64,000 nucleotides of DNA from Trichoplax adhaerens (lineage: Eukaryota; Animalia; Placozoa). The notes beneath the pieces are model-generated. The model was not told the DNA's origin. It did not search any database and worked only from the letters and a program-made list of their open reading frames with translations. Positions 13,570-26,292 of the stretch are shown piece after piece. The stretch is taken from positions 1,306,199 to 1,370,198 of the forward strand of contig NW_002060945.1 of assembly GCF_000150275.1 (NCBI RefSeq). The letters are read 5' to 3'. How positions within the stretch are numbered: position 1 is the first letter of the stretch; each line of letters starts with the position of its first letter. The position numbers and the translations under genes were made by a program.

Positions 13570-16500
13570 ATGTTTTTGAGAGGAAATAATGTAATTTACT
13601 AAATCTAATTACACATGCGATATATCATACGTTGTCATAGAGAGTTTAAAACGAGTATTCGTTTCCTTTTTGTAACTCGAATTATTTTCTGTTATTTAAA
13701 CTCCATCAATTTTATTGTAATGACAGTAAACAGAGATTTTCCAATCCATTTATAGGCCTATCCACGTCAGCTTTCAATGGAATTTCAGGTAGAAAACGAA
13801 CAAATATTTTGCTCAGAATTACTTTCTCGAATCCATGAAGCTTTCGATAATTAGATTTTTAGATAAATTTATGACAGATGAACAACAAATTTCTTTGTTA
13901 ACCTTGAAATTGATTCGCGATCGTAGACTCTACAATCGGCAAATAATGGCGATAATATTTTACGGATTCTTCAAAAACTGCGGTAATTTCTGAAGCATCC
14001 ATGTTGATTTCTTTTACTCTTCAACTTACATAACATATTTATAAAAATACAGGAATACAGCAGACCGTTTCCTTCCTAAACCAATCTGGTCTCAAGGGCG
14101 AAATTTGGATAGCCCTCTTTCTCTTCAAATTATGGAGTAAGTTGCCCATAACCATGATTGCCTCAACATGTCCAGTACACTAAGCGCATCTTAATCAGAA
14201 AGTACTTCAGAAAGTATTTTCTATGTCTTTGTTAATTTATCTGATCTCTACTAATTTGGTTCTTACTTTTATTGCAGTGAAAGAGCAAAACCTATCGAGA
14301 TTTGTTTACCTTTGCAACAGTATGTATTTTCTTCTAAAAAGACCGATAGAATCATAACTCAGATTATGTTAGCAATTGACTAATCCATATGTTTCTATAA
14401 ATAATTTCATAGGCCAATCATTAGAAGACTGTTCAGCCTCTTAAAAAATTATGATTGGTTTGTGTACTTGTATAGGCGCTTGTGGATTCATTTCAATAGC
14501 CTAACTATCTTCTGATAATAATATTCTGTTTTCCATTGGGCTATAGTTATGATTTACGTCTAGAAATTATGGATATCTTACAACGTGTAATCAGTTATGA
14601 TATTTATACATGCTACGTCAATAGCTCCATCGACAGCCATAATGAAGGTACAAATAATGTTTCATCCAGCATGATTGATTTATCTACTTTACATCATCTT
14701 TGCCGATTTTCATATTATAATTACAAATAACTTAACTTATCCAACGTGATTAATTTATCTACTTTATATCGTCTTCATTAGTTACTAATTTATAGATATA
14801 AATAAGATCTTTTATTCAGCATGATTGATTTATCCATTCTACATTATCTAGATCAATTTCCATACTATAGTTATAAATAGCTTATTCTTTCTAGCATGAT
14901 TGATTTATCCACTTTGCATCATCTTGGCCAGTCGCCATATTATAGTTCATTCTAATGAAATCTTTCATTACTATTTCACGACTACTCGAGATCTAATCTC
15001 GAAAATGACTGATTCCCAGGATTGACCGTAACAATTATACTGATCTTGTAGAGCAGATCTAATTGCAACAATAAGCACAGCTAGGCACAACACGATGGAG
15101 GTTTATCTGTCGTTATGCTGTCTCATTTCGTATTCCTTTAGTTATACTTCCATATTGACATTGGTCAACAAAGATTCGCTTGTAATCAATGATTGAATAG
15201 AAATGGTTGTCAAGATATTTACGGTTTTACATGATCTATTTGTAATAGAATGTACCTAGCTCCATAATTTGACAAACAGACAAAGCAAATATGGAATGGC
15301 CATCATTTGTCTTTAACGCCTCAGGCAATCTTCGTGGTATACGTCTGTGTTAGTTCTTAATGATAATCTATCTCAATGGATAGTATGGATATAGTCTAGC
15401 CACGATGCTAAGCAACAATGATTATTGGGTTCTATCTGAAGAAAGATTCATTGATACATTTTCATGCTGTGATTAATCAAGTAGATGAAGAAGTTGTTAA
15501 TGACTCTTAACGTTGACACAGACCTTTAGTTGTAAGCTTAAAATCAATCTAAACATGATATTCTCGTAAATAAGCCACCGGTAACGTCATAGCAAAATCG
15601 ATAGACGTATGAAACTAATAGTTTATGATAGCTTGTCACAATCTTCACTTGTGGCAAAGATTTATAAAGACTCTAGAGTAGGTACGATAACTCAGCTACT
15701 TCTCCAGCATTTCCAGTCTCCATGAAAGCGATATTGTAATGATTTCAGCTAATTACAGTAGTGGTATGTTAGGAGTACAGTGATAGTATGCAGTATAGAA
15801 CTGTATATCTTAATAAATGTCAAGAACCCATACACTACAGATATACGAGTATAAGAGAACTCGATTTTTAGACTAATGAATTGATACACTTTTCTTCGCG
15901 TTATGACTCCTGCACACTTTTTTAGCAATTGTCACTTTTATTCTGCAAACTACTCGCGCTTAAATGAATCTTTATAGTGCAACTTTGAGTGTTAATTTGC
16001 TCCTGACTTTTAATTCCTATGGAAATTATTGTAGATAAAGTACGACTACTACTCCATTTCTTGTCATTACCATATGAAGATCTAGCTATTAAATCTATGC
16101 AGCTGCTGTCCGTTTATGCGGGTAAGTTGATTCAGTTGGATCAAAATTTTGTTTTCATCATCCTTAAGACAACTTATATTTCAGTCTCTGTAGTACCTAA
16201 ACTACAGTGGTAAACTATCACATTAATAATGGGAATAAAAGCTGAAAGGAATATTCTTACTAATTAGATTTAAAACTCATTCAAAATCGAGAGCTAAACT
16301 TTGTTAAAATGTTAGCTAAAGCCATTACCCTTGAAAAATCGGTAAGTTCTATTGTGTTATTTTAAATTAAACTAAACTTTTAATCTCGTTAATCATTTAA
16401 TTTTGCCGTAATTTCATTAACAAAAGGTGGAATTTATGCATGCAGCGGCAACTGTTGTTAACATTTGCTTTAAAGATACTTTATTATCTCAGCATGACCA

Positions 16501-18978
16501 TTTAGAAGATGTAAGAAGGCGTCAAATATTGCTAAATCACTCTTAAAAAATTGCTTTCTGCGCTATAATACTCATTTCAGGTCCAACTAATGTTCAGATT
16601 CTGAGTTTAATTTTTATTTTACAGCTGGCTGCGATTGCTTGTGTTCTACTTCAATCTAATGATGTTGCAGTAAGTATTATTATTATTTAGCGAAACATAG
16701 GCACGTATATTGGAATCCTTAAAAATTCCAACCTATAAATTAGGCCTTAAGTATTATACTATCCTGATCGCAGATTTCCGGTGAGATGATTTCATTGTTG
16801 GTGCAAGTATCTTCAGAAACGACATCTAGTAATGGGGTTAGTTAAAGCTATATCATTGCTGAAATTGGGATAGATGATTATTTAGATATTTTAAAATTGG
16901 TTATATATATTGAGTTTGGTAATGGTATTAAAAGTCAATCTTCTATTTGGAATTAGGCGTATATCAAAAAGTTATTTAACCTGATACCTATTGGCAACAT
17001 TTTTGAAGTTCTAGCGGTGGGATCAATTCATCTAAGTGTAGGTTTAATTTTATTATGATATTAAACCGAAGAATAGAACTGGTTTTTAACTAGTGACTAT
17101 CTTTTTCAATTAACTGTCTTAATACAATTTCATTTACATCTAGATATCCGTTGCATCTATGGTCTTCAATATTATTACTTCAAATTCTATTTCTCACTCT
17201 TCTCAGGTACTGAACATTGATTTATTTCTAGATGCAATCTGACTAAAATTTTTTCACTCCTAGTAATGATGGATAAAATTGTATCCTGATCCATCAGATG
17301 TAGTTTGCAGTTTGTACGCTATTTAAGCAATATTATTTTATATACATCATGATGGGATTAAACTTAGTCTGATTACGTTTAATAATATTTTAACCAATAA
17401 ATAATTAAGCAACACTAGCTCATCTTTTTATACCATTACGATTTCATAGTTTCATTTTGGTCGAAAAACGTTAATATACTTGAAAAAAATGTTGAAAAAG
17501 CCTTCCAATTATACTGAATCCCAATTAAAGGTATGTACATTACAGTATGAAAATTGTATTAAGAACTTTGATTAGCGTGAGATACTGAGTGAGAATTTCA
17601 AAGTAATATTATTGTTACGATTATTTTTTAATTCAATAAAATCTACAAAATTATTTCCTATAATGTTTGATACTTTCTTTTTAGAAATTAATTTGGGAAA
17701 TCGGCTGGTTTGCCAAAGCTGATCATGCTTTAGTTCAGGTAATTTGCATCCCTGTATTTAAAATTAATCCCATACATGTATACGTTTGTTAAAACCAATG
17801 CTACCCTGTACTCATTTCAATGGCTATCAAACAACTAATAAATTTCTGTTTAATTTATTTATTCAGGTTATTATCGACGAGGATATTTTGTCAACCGTCC
17901 TTCTATGTGCTGAACAGGCAAGTTTAATTCAAGGATTGATACATTAGGTAGCCCAAATCTTCGAACTTGATTTTTCATCTATTTCTACTACCAGTTTCCT
18001 TACTTGTATGGCAGCATTATTGTACAAACGATTTTCTTTGTCATTGGCTCTGGGAATGAACATCAGGTTAATATCTTGTTTCTGATACTTTAAAAATATT
18101 ACAAAAATTGAGCACTAAGACTTTTTTATATATTGAAAAATCTGAATAGATAAAAGTCTTGATTCCAAGTTGCAATTTAACCCAGTGTTTATGTTCCATA
18201 TTATTACATAAGAATGTTCTTTACGTAAGTTACTACATAAATCAAATCAAATATTATACTGATATTGTGGTGTCATCATCAGTATGATTTATACACTGTT
18301 AATTCCGTACAGATCTAAAATTACCTTACCTACTGTATAATATTAAAATCTTATGTACATAACTATTAGGATATTGTCCGAGTTGTAGAAGTATTATGGA
18401 CAATTTTAAACAAATGCCAGGTACTGTTAATCCTTAACTTTACTGACAAATTTTATAATTAATTTCATATTTTAATATCGCTTATCGATATTGATGTGAT
18501 GGAAATATGAAGGTAATATTAAAATGTATCATACTGTAATTGAATTTTTACGTCAGGAAATACCTGGATTATTGGAATGCAATAATAGCAAAGGTAGGTG
18601 TTTAAGTTTTAACTGATAGAAGTCTATTCATTTTATTGGATAGAGAATGTCTTTTAAAAAGCCCAATAATATGTTTAATTTAGCAATGTTATTGATCATC
18701 TGTATTTAGAACTGATGAAAATGGAAATCATATGCGATTCAATTGTTCGTAATCCAATTGTGCCGAGAGAGTATGAAGGTAAGCCTTTGGTTTTCATGGT
18801 AAACTCAATTTAATTGCGATATATTTGTTTCATTGCAGCTATAAGCTTAATTGGGGAACTAATAATTCAATAAATTCAAGTAATGACTCATAACGTTTTC
18901 TATTTTAATTTTTTCCATATAGATTGCGCAAAAAAACTTGGACGATTCATAAAATACAATGCTATTGCTCAACATTAA
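13570..18978 (+). CDS. Divergent importin-alpha-like armadillo-repeat protein, paralogue B (multi-exon)
   Basis: Exons homologous in size and phase to paralogue A: 13927-13982 (56 nt, TLQSANNGDNILRILQKLR), 14547-14647 YDLRLEIMDIL, 16035-16121 (87 nt, LLLHFLSLPYEDLAIKSMQLLSVYA), 16427-16510 VEFMHAAATVVNIC, 16625-16669 (45 nt), 17685-17738 KLIWEIGWF, 17867-17917 VIIDEDILSTVLLCAEQ, 17995-18066 (72 nt), last exon 18923-18978 ...KYNAIAQH*. The ATG at 13570 is tentative. Confidence 0.7.
14665..14950. repeat. ~75-bp degenerate tandem repeat x4 in an intron of paralogue B
   Basis: Recurrent (ca)tgatt(g/a)atttatc(t/c)actt..atcatct. Confidence 0.85.
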
Positions 18979-19917
18979 TAAAACGTTAATATCGTTTTTG
19001 TGTAATGAAAGGTATTATTTAAAATCATTTTCTTTCGTTACGGAAATATTTACGCAAATTTTAAACGTTCAATCACACTTGAAAGGGTTTAAAAGTTAGA
19101 ATTGATCATAGTCTTTATCATTAATATATTAATAGCTCGAAACTATTATTCCGGTATATATAAACATACAATTAAAGCAAACTATTTTAGTACTGTTGTC
19201 TTTGCTATATCACTATTATCGTCAGACATAGAAGAAAAGCACTGGGATTTCATAATCGTTGGATTGAATCAGTATCGAAATGTATTATTTTTTCTTATTT
19301 CATAGTAGCTAATAATTACCGAAATATTCATCATCTACAAATCTGATATTATATTTGTCTTGTAGGGTAAAATTTTGGGTAAACCTAGATATTTTATAAC
19401 TAATAATGATAATACATTAATGTTCATAAGTAATTTACTAGAGTAACCCAAAATTGGGAGATTATTTACACGTATCCATCCATTAGCTTTGATGAATATC
19501 TTTCTATAATAACAACTATGGGCTTACACATGCAATCTATCAATTTATTATCATGAAATAGAAAAAGACCTCTTAAAGTCAATCTTATACAGCAATATTT
19601 GAATTATCAGCTTTACTAACTCAATTTATGCCATTTATTACTTCTTCCAGTATTCCGATATTTATTTCACTACTTATATCAATTTCGAGACGTAAGCAAT
19701 TTTATACTGATACATACTGTATATCTGAATAATAAAATTGTGTGAATAGAAAACATAAAATTCTTGTTATACACGTATTAAAATAATTTAAATACCATAA
19801 GTAACATAGAACTTTTAACTGCCGAACCGAACTCATAGGCTGTTCATCTCGTGGACTGTAAAATATCGGCAAATTAATAACTATGTGAGATAATTAATTA
19901 ATCCCATTTAATTTATT

Positions 19918-20650
19918 TCATTCTTCCTTATTGCAGTTATTTTCTATCTCTATGTCTATCTGCATGTTTGCAGAGATTAATTGTTTTGCGTAAGTACTGC
20001 TTATATCCAATTTCATTTCATGAGCAATTTTACAATCTTCTATCTGAAGAATACTATTAAATAAGTTTATATTAGTGAAGAATAGAAGGAAATAATTACC
20101 AGATTGTTTATCACTGTAGTGCGCCCCCCCCAAAAAAATATAGCATAGATTAAGATCGAAGATTGTACGAAAATAGTTTAAATTGTAAGCTAGAGTGTAA
20201 GACTGTATTAAGTGTCTATTTGAGATAGTACAGAAATAGTCCACAGATAGCCAGATTGCAGTAAGATAGTCCATGATACTTTTAAGATGAACCTAATTAG
20301 GTATCTTATGTAAGAAAGTGAAGTTTACAAGAAACTGTAGTTCTTGTTGTATTTGTTGGAAGGCACTTTATCACATACTGATAAAGGATCCTCAACATGA
20401 CCAGCTTACTAAATCAATAGTAAAACTATATCAGACAGAACATGTGATATATAATATGTTACGGTCATCCTTAAGTTCGATTTTATTCTTACGAATGGCC
20501 GAATTCCTGGTATTGGACTTGATCAGTCTTAAAGATAAAATCGATTCTAGGGATTGCTGTAACATGTACTGTAAATATATATGAATTAATAATAAGCAAT
20601 CGCGCTCTAGAATGCACAACAGTAAATTATATGCAGTAGTCTCTCATCTT
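19918..20650 (-). pseudogene. Decayed NACHT/STAND NTPase relic (winged-helix region)
   Basis: The minus frame reads NFTFLHK[24-nt insertion containing a stop]SIMDYLTAIWL, matching the NACHT winged-helix consensus FxFxHxS/TxQEYxAA. Flanking sequence has several stops. Confidence 0.5.
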
Positions 20651-22199
20651 AATTGATTGGTAACTTATATAACACGTGTATGGATGCTATAGCCATATAA
20701 AATTTAAATTACTCATCCTTAACTTACTATTGCAGAATGGTATTATCTTTAACTAGCTATCGAGATACGCCTATACAAATATGTTATAAATGTTGAAACT
20801 CTAGCGGATAATAAATAGTGAATTAAATTAAAGCTAGAGCAGCGCATTCTTACTTAGTGTATCCCTAGTATGGTAAATTATTTCTACGAAAAGACGAGGT
20901 CTTTAATCGGCTATATGAGTATTAAGTAAGCTATGGTATTTTATCAACCTCTAGTTAATTAACTGGACATAATCCTGTAACTCTACCCATCGACGAATTA
21001 TAGTTCGTGTAGACTTGCAAACATCCTTATTTAGTTTATTGCACATATAGTAAATTATTGCTTAGAAAGATTATCATCCTCAATTACCTACCTATCTAGG
21101 TACTGTAAGGACTTCAATGCTTCTTTCTACATTGTGGTAATGAATATGATCTTGCCAGCTGATATCGAATAAATTACAATTCTAGCAATACATCGTGCAG
21201 CAATTTGCTACTGTAGTCAAATTAATACTAAGAAGTGAGTCTTTTACAATCCACTATTTAGATATTTAGTAGGTTATTCCACCTAAATCGTAATTATCAA
21301 TGTTGCCTTTTCTATTGGATTTATTGACAAATCTTTGAGTAAATTGAATTCATAATATACGGTATGATATCCTAAATGTTTCAGATCGCCAAATTGTTTC
21401 GAATGAATGATTTAGACTTTAATGAATTACTTTGATACTGTATTAAGCTATACTCGTACTCTTCATTATCTTAATTAATACAATCTTCCCACTCTATCAA
21501 TTAGCAACTTTTACAGCTATATAAATAGAATGATACTTGCCTAATTATATCTACATTGCTTATAGTTATAAAGAAAACTATCGTAGGTCAATAATTTCGT
21601 CTTTAATAAATCTTCTAGATATTAGTAAGCTGTGGTATTTCCTCATTCCTTGACATTAATTTAATGAAATGTGGCAATAAATTGTGGAACTAATTATAGC
21701 AAGAACTAATACATTATAGTTCCTACATTATATTAGTGGGTCGGGCGGTTACTTTACGAAGAAATAATCTCGTTTAGATATGAATTGATTACTATCTCCT
21801 CGCCATAATAATTAGAAAATCTTTCAATTTTATTGATAAATTTTATTTTACGGGAAATATAGCATAGTTACGGTAGATGCAGACGCGTGTGATTTAAACA
21901 GGGACTTACTGTACTATGGAGAAATAATCTCATCTCGATACCAGTAGGTTTCTCTGCTGAAAATCTGACATTTCCACTGATTAATAAATTATGAAACAAA
22001 TTACAGTATCAAGTAACAAATTATCATCGTATGCTTATGGCTCAGACGGCGCAGAATACCTCATGCTAAGACATGATTTCACGCGGATACCGTATACATA
22101 TTAGCAGGTATCTCGTATAAAATATGAATAAAATCTTCCAATTCCATTGATAGTTAAATGGTGCCATAAGTTGCAATATGAAATATCTCTTTAAATTTA

Positions 22200-23000
22200 T
22201 CGGGAAGGAACTTGAACAGAAGGTTCTTATCAGGATATAATTTCGCTTTATCATGCACAGAATATGGAGTAATGCGAAACACCCTATTCTCTCCATACTG
22301 CGGAAGGGGCAATGAATACAAACTGATGCCTCTAGCGATCAATCAATTCCGAGATCAATTCCAGCATTATTAACAGGATAATATGCATAGATCATTAAGT
22401 TCATAGGGAAAGAACTTAGGCAGAAGGTTGTCATCAGTGTATAATTTCGCTTATAATAGATGAATATAGTTTACAGAATATGGAGTAATATGGTATGCCC
22501 TATTCTCTCTATATCGTAGAAGAGTAATAAATACAAATTGATGCCTCGAGCAATCAATCAACTATAGGATAAATTGCAGTACAATCAATAGAATAATATA
22601 CGGATTGGCCGGTCATTCCCGGGATTGGCCGGTCATTCCCGGGATTGGCCGGTCATTCCCGGGATTGGCCGGTCATTCCCGGGATTGGCCGGTCATTCCC
22701 GGGATTGGCCGGTCTTTCCCGGGATTGGCCGGTCATTCCCTGGAATGGCCGATTCCCGGTGTTAGGATTGATTGTAGCATATCATATTCGTACAATTCAT
22801 AGGCATGGCGCTTGGACACAAAGTTATCATCACGGTATAATTTCACTTTCGATGAACAGAATATGAAGTAATACATTATACCCTATTTTCCCCATATTGC
22901 AGAATGGTCATGAATACAAAGTTATACCTCTAGTATAAACCAATTCTAGGAGAAAGTCCTGCATAATCAATAGAATGATACACGTAAATTATTCATTTCC
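22200..23000. repeat. Three degenerate ~200-bp tandem units, the second followed by or interrupted by the 20-bp minisatellite
   Basis: The shared core tataatttc..cagaatatg(g/a)agtaat..ccctatt..aatacaaa..cctc occurs at ~22235, ~22440 and ~22835. Confidence 0.85.
22602..22760. repeat. GC-rich 20-bp minisatellite (gggattggccggtcattccc), ~7-8 copies
   Basis: Near-perfect tandem copies are directly visible; the unit is 16/20 self-complementary. Confidence 0.97.
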
Positions 23001-24099
23001 TACGACAAAAAATACTGTCAAGAATAACATGATCATTCAGTCTCTTCTTTTTCCTTCAGTCTTGAGCCAAATGTTGTTGATAGACTGACGAAGAGGTAAT
23101 AACTTTAGCCAATATTAAGCTACTATATAGTTTATCTACTTGAGATACGATGACGTAAAATTTAAATATTCATGACGGGAAGATCTGTAAACAACTACTT
23201 TATTCCCCGATCCTTTTCATCCATTTTGACAGCCAGTATGATAACTAGGACTATTGTTTAGTAGAATGGAATAGTATGAATAATATTGTTTCAATTAAAA
23301 ACAAATAGAACAATCTACTTATTCCATATTTTCTAACATCATTTCTATACACTTATTCAGGACTGATTCCTACACTTTAGGCTAGATCGAATGAATAGAT
23401 CTAGCCTTCCATGAGTTGTGGGAGTAGTTATAAAAGTGACGAGCCGGCCATGATACAGCATTTTAATTAAAATTCATTAATAAATGACGAAATCTACAGT
23501 ACTTACTGACCTTGAAGATTATAGAGCAATTTTGAATCATCGATTTAGTATTTTCTATCATGAATCCAATCGACGAATCCAATCACCCTCCATCATTGAA
23601 ATAATCTCAGTTATATGCTAGTGGAAATTTGAAGAAAGAAAATTGAATTAACCTTGATAATTCCTCGTTGATCATGGCTACAGTAGGCATGAATATAACT
23701 GTTCAGGTTAGATATTATCCAATTTTAGTTTGTAAGCTTTTTTACGCGTAAAGATGCAGAATAATACTCATTATCACAATCATGACATTGAATCAATAGA
23801 AAGACAGTATAGGAGTAATAAAAAGTCTCTGAAAATATACAGTAAATTCATTTAAAATTATAATGAACAAGGGAGCGAATCTATTGCAGTAAAATCATCT
23901 GAGTCATTTTGGGCCCGTTACATCTAAATAATTTGATGATTGCAAATGAAAGAAATGAATGTTGATATTTCTGTTTCACTTTTTAATTACTATGATAGTT
24001 TTAGCACTTATTTCGCCACAATTTATTAATAATTGGAGATGATTAAGTCGTAAAAATTTCTCAATACTAAAGTTAAATCTTTCGAATTTTTAACCTACC

Positions 24100-25180
24100 C
24101 TTCATATCTAATGTGTAGGATTATAGTTAAGTGGAGAAGTACATATTAATTCTTCTTCCCTTCTTACACAATCTATCACGTTTGCAACAGTAATGGCATC
24201 GATTTTAATTTAGTTAAACTAATCTTAAATGTTACCGTACAATCTTCCTCATTCTATAATGGAAGATGATTCATTCCTAATTTTACAAAGACAAAGATAA
24301 ATCCTTCCAATTTTATTTTATCCATCACGATCAAATCGTCGAATTGCCGCAAGCTGTAAATTTTGATGTTGATTTTTGTCTCACATCCAAGCATTTTACC
24401 ATCAGTTGCAAACAATATTGAAAACTTAGATCAAATTTTTCCCATCATATAAGAGTAAATGATTATTAGTAAAACTTTACAACACTACAGTTCAATTATT
24501 TTAATTGTTCTTTATCTGGCGTATTGAGATAGTTTGGAGATAGAAATTCGGATAAATAAAGAATCTTTGTGTGTATCTGACGAAGATTAGCATGTTAATT
24601 ACAGTAACAGCATCAAATCCACTTTACTTAAACCGATATCGAATATTGATATCAAGCTATTCCTATTAAAAATTAGTAGAAGACTTGTTTCCAAGGTGCT
24701 AAAATGCTACAGTTAAATCATCTTGCTTTTATTGTGCCCATACTATAATTTGATTATGGTGAATTAAACGAGTTTATATTGATTCTTTTTTCGTCTCTTA
24801 TATACACCATTACGCCAACAACAGCAAAGGTATCGATTTTAATACAACCGAGCCTCGGTAGAAATTTATATCCAATCCTTCTTGTTTTACAATTAGAGAT
24901 GAATGACTTAAAGGTCTTACAACACCAAAACTACCTAAAAATTTCGAACGAACATTCCAAGTGGAACATAGCATTCTCTTGAAATCAATTGGCTTATAAA
25001 CTCAATAATTTCAGTAAAAGATAAGTCGAAAGGAGATGATTTCAATTTAAAAGGAATAATTACTCCATAATAGTCTTCAATAATTGATATCTTGCATGCA
25101 AGTATGTTGTAGTGGATAATGACTATAATCACTTTCTATCGCTCAGCCAGTTTGTTAAAGAATATTAAATTCATTTTGGT
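24100..25180 (-). pseudogene. Decayed NACHT NTPase relic
   Basis: Motif remnants occur in the correct order across frameshifts and stops: YGVIIPFKLK (VxxxxLR strand), VVLVL*DL (Walker B LILDGLDE-like), SVVLKSIP (TSRP sensor-like), INSF (IxGF-like), QHQNLQLAA (HxxxQExxAA-like). Confidence 0.4.
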
Positions 25181-26292
25181 TACTTAAATTTAAACGGAAT
25201 TTAGATTTTACTGTCGATGACGTTAGTCGAACTCATTTATTCGAAACTACAAATCATAAGTGATTAGCAGGCGCTTGTGTATTCGAATTAGAGCAAACCT
25301 AATTCAATATTATAGTTATTTTGACAGTGTCCTAACCTCTTGTTCAAAATGATGGTATTCGCTCAATACCTTAATTAAATGGCGAAATTGACATTATCAT
25401 CAATGACTACAGTTTACGGATAGTTTCCGGTTAAGTTTTCGCGGAAGTATCAGAATTTTTAGGCAGTCGTTGACATTTATTAATCAACTCAACTAAAAGT
25501 AAAGCCTTGCCACACAGATGGAGCTTTACTATACTCTCAGTACTTTAATAAGTAGCATTTAAACATCACTTTCAAACTTGCTTGAGATTAAAACTAATTA
25601 AATGCTTGCTCGTAGCTAGAGAAGTCAAATTACAATTATTAGGTCCAGCTAAAAATATTTGCCCAAACTTTTATTTGCATATTTTATGATGTCGAAAGGC
25701 ATTAAGCTACAATTAAGATATTGAACGCTTCTGTTTTGAACGGAAAACATCGCATAATCTTCGTGTACCATTGCTATCTTTCGAGTGCTAAGGCTGATAT
25801 AAGTAGCAAGATTACTTCATATTTAAATATAGCTTTTAAAATTAAATCACTTCATTACCGTGAATAATATCGATATAATAGTGCTTGAGTATCTATCTAG
25901 TTGCTCATACGTATAGTGGAGGAGTAATCGTTACCCATACTCCTAATCTACGAGAATTAAGACTTTAAAATCAAGATCGTTAATAATAATGTAAATTTCT
26001 AAATTTTGATGCAATAATCAGTTGCATTACTCATACGCATAAGTAACGATGTTTAAATACTTTAAGGCATGCATTATGCAAGAACTAATATAAATATTAA
26101 TGGTAAAGTAAGCTTTACTAGTTTGATCATTTATGCAGTTGTTCGTCATGTATTTTAACTCAGATATTTGTGATTGTGGCTACGCAGTTTATAATCGAAT
26201 TAAACAAAATTTAAAGCTATAATCTATCGTTATGCAAAAATACTTATTTATTCTAATCAAAATATTTTCACGGCTGCAATTCTCATCTACAG

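Noticed and set aside
15000-15780. Possible nested GPCR relic in the long intron of paralogue B
   Set aside because: Too degenerate; no ordered motifs.
22605-22866. ORFs with repeating GHSRDWPVIPGIGRSFPGLA, and a possible CRISPR-like array
   Set aside because: Both come from a 20-bp minisatellite with no unique spacers, in a eukaryotic context.
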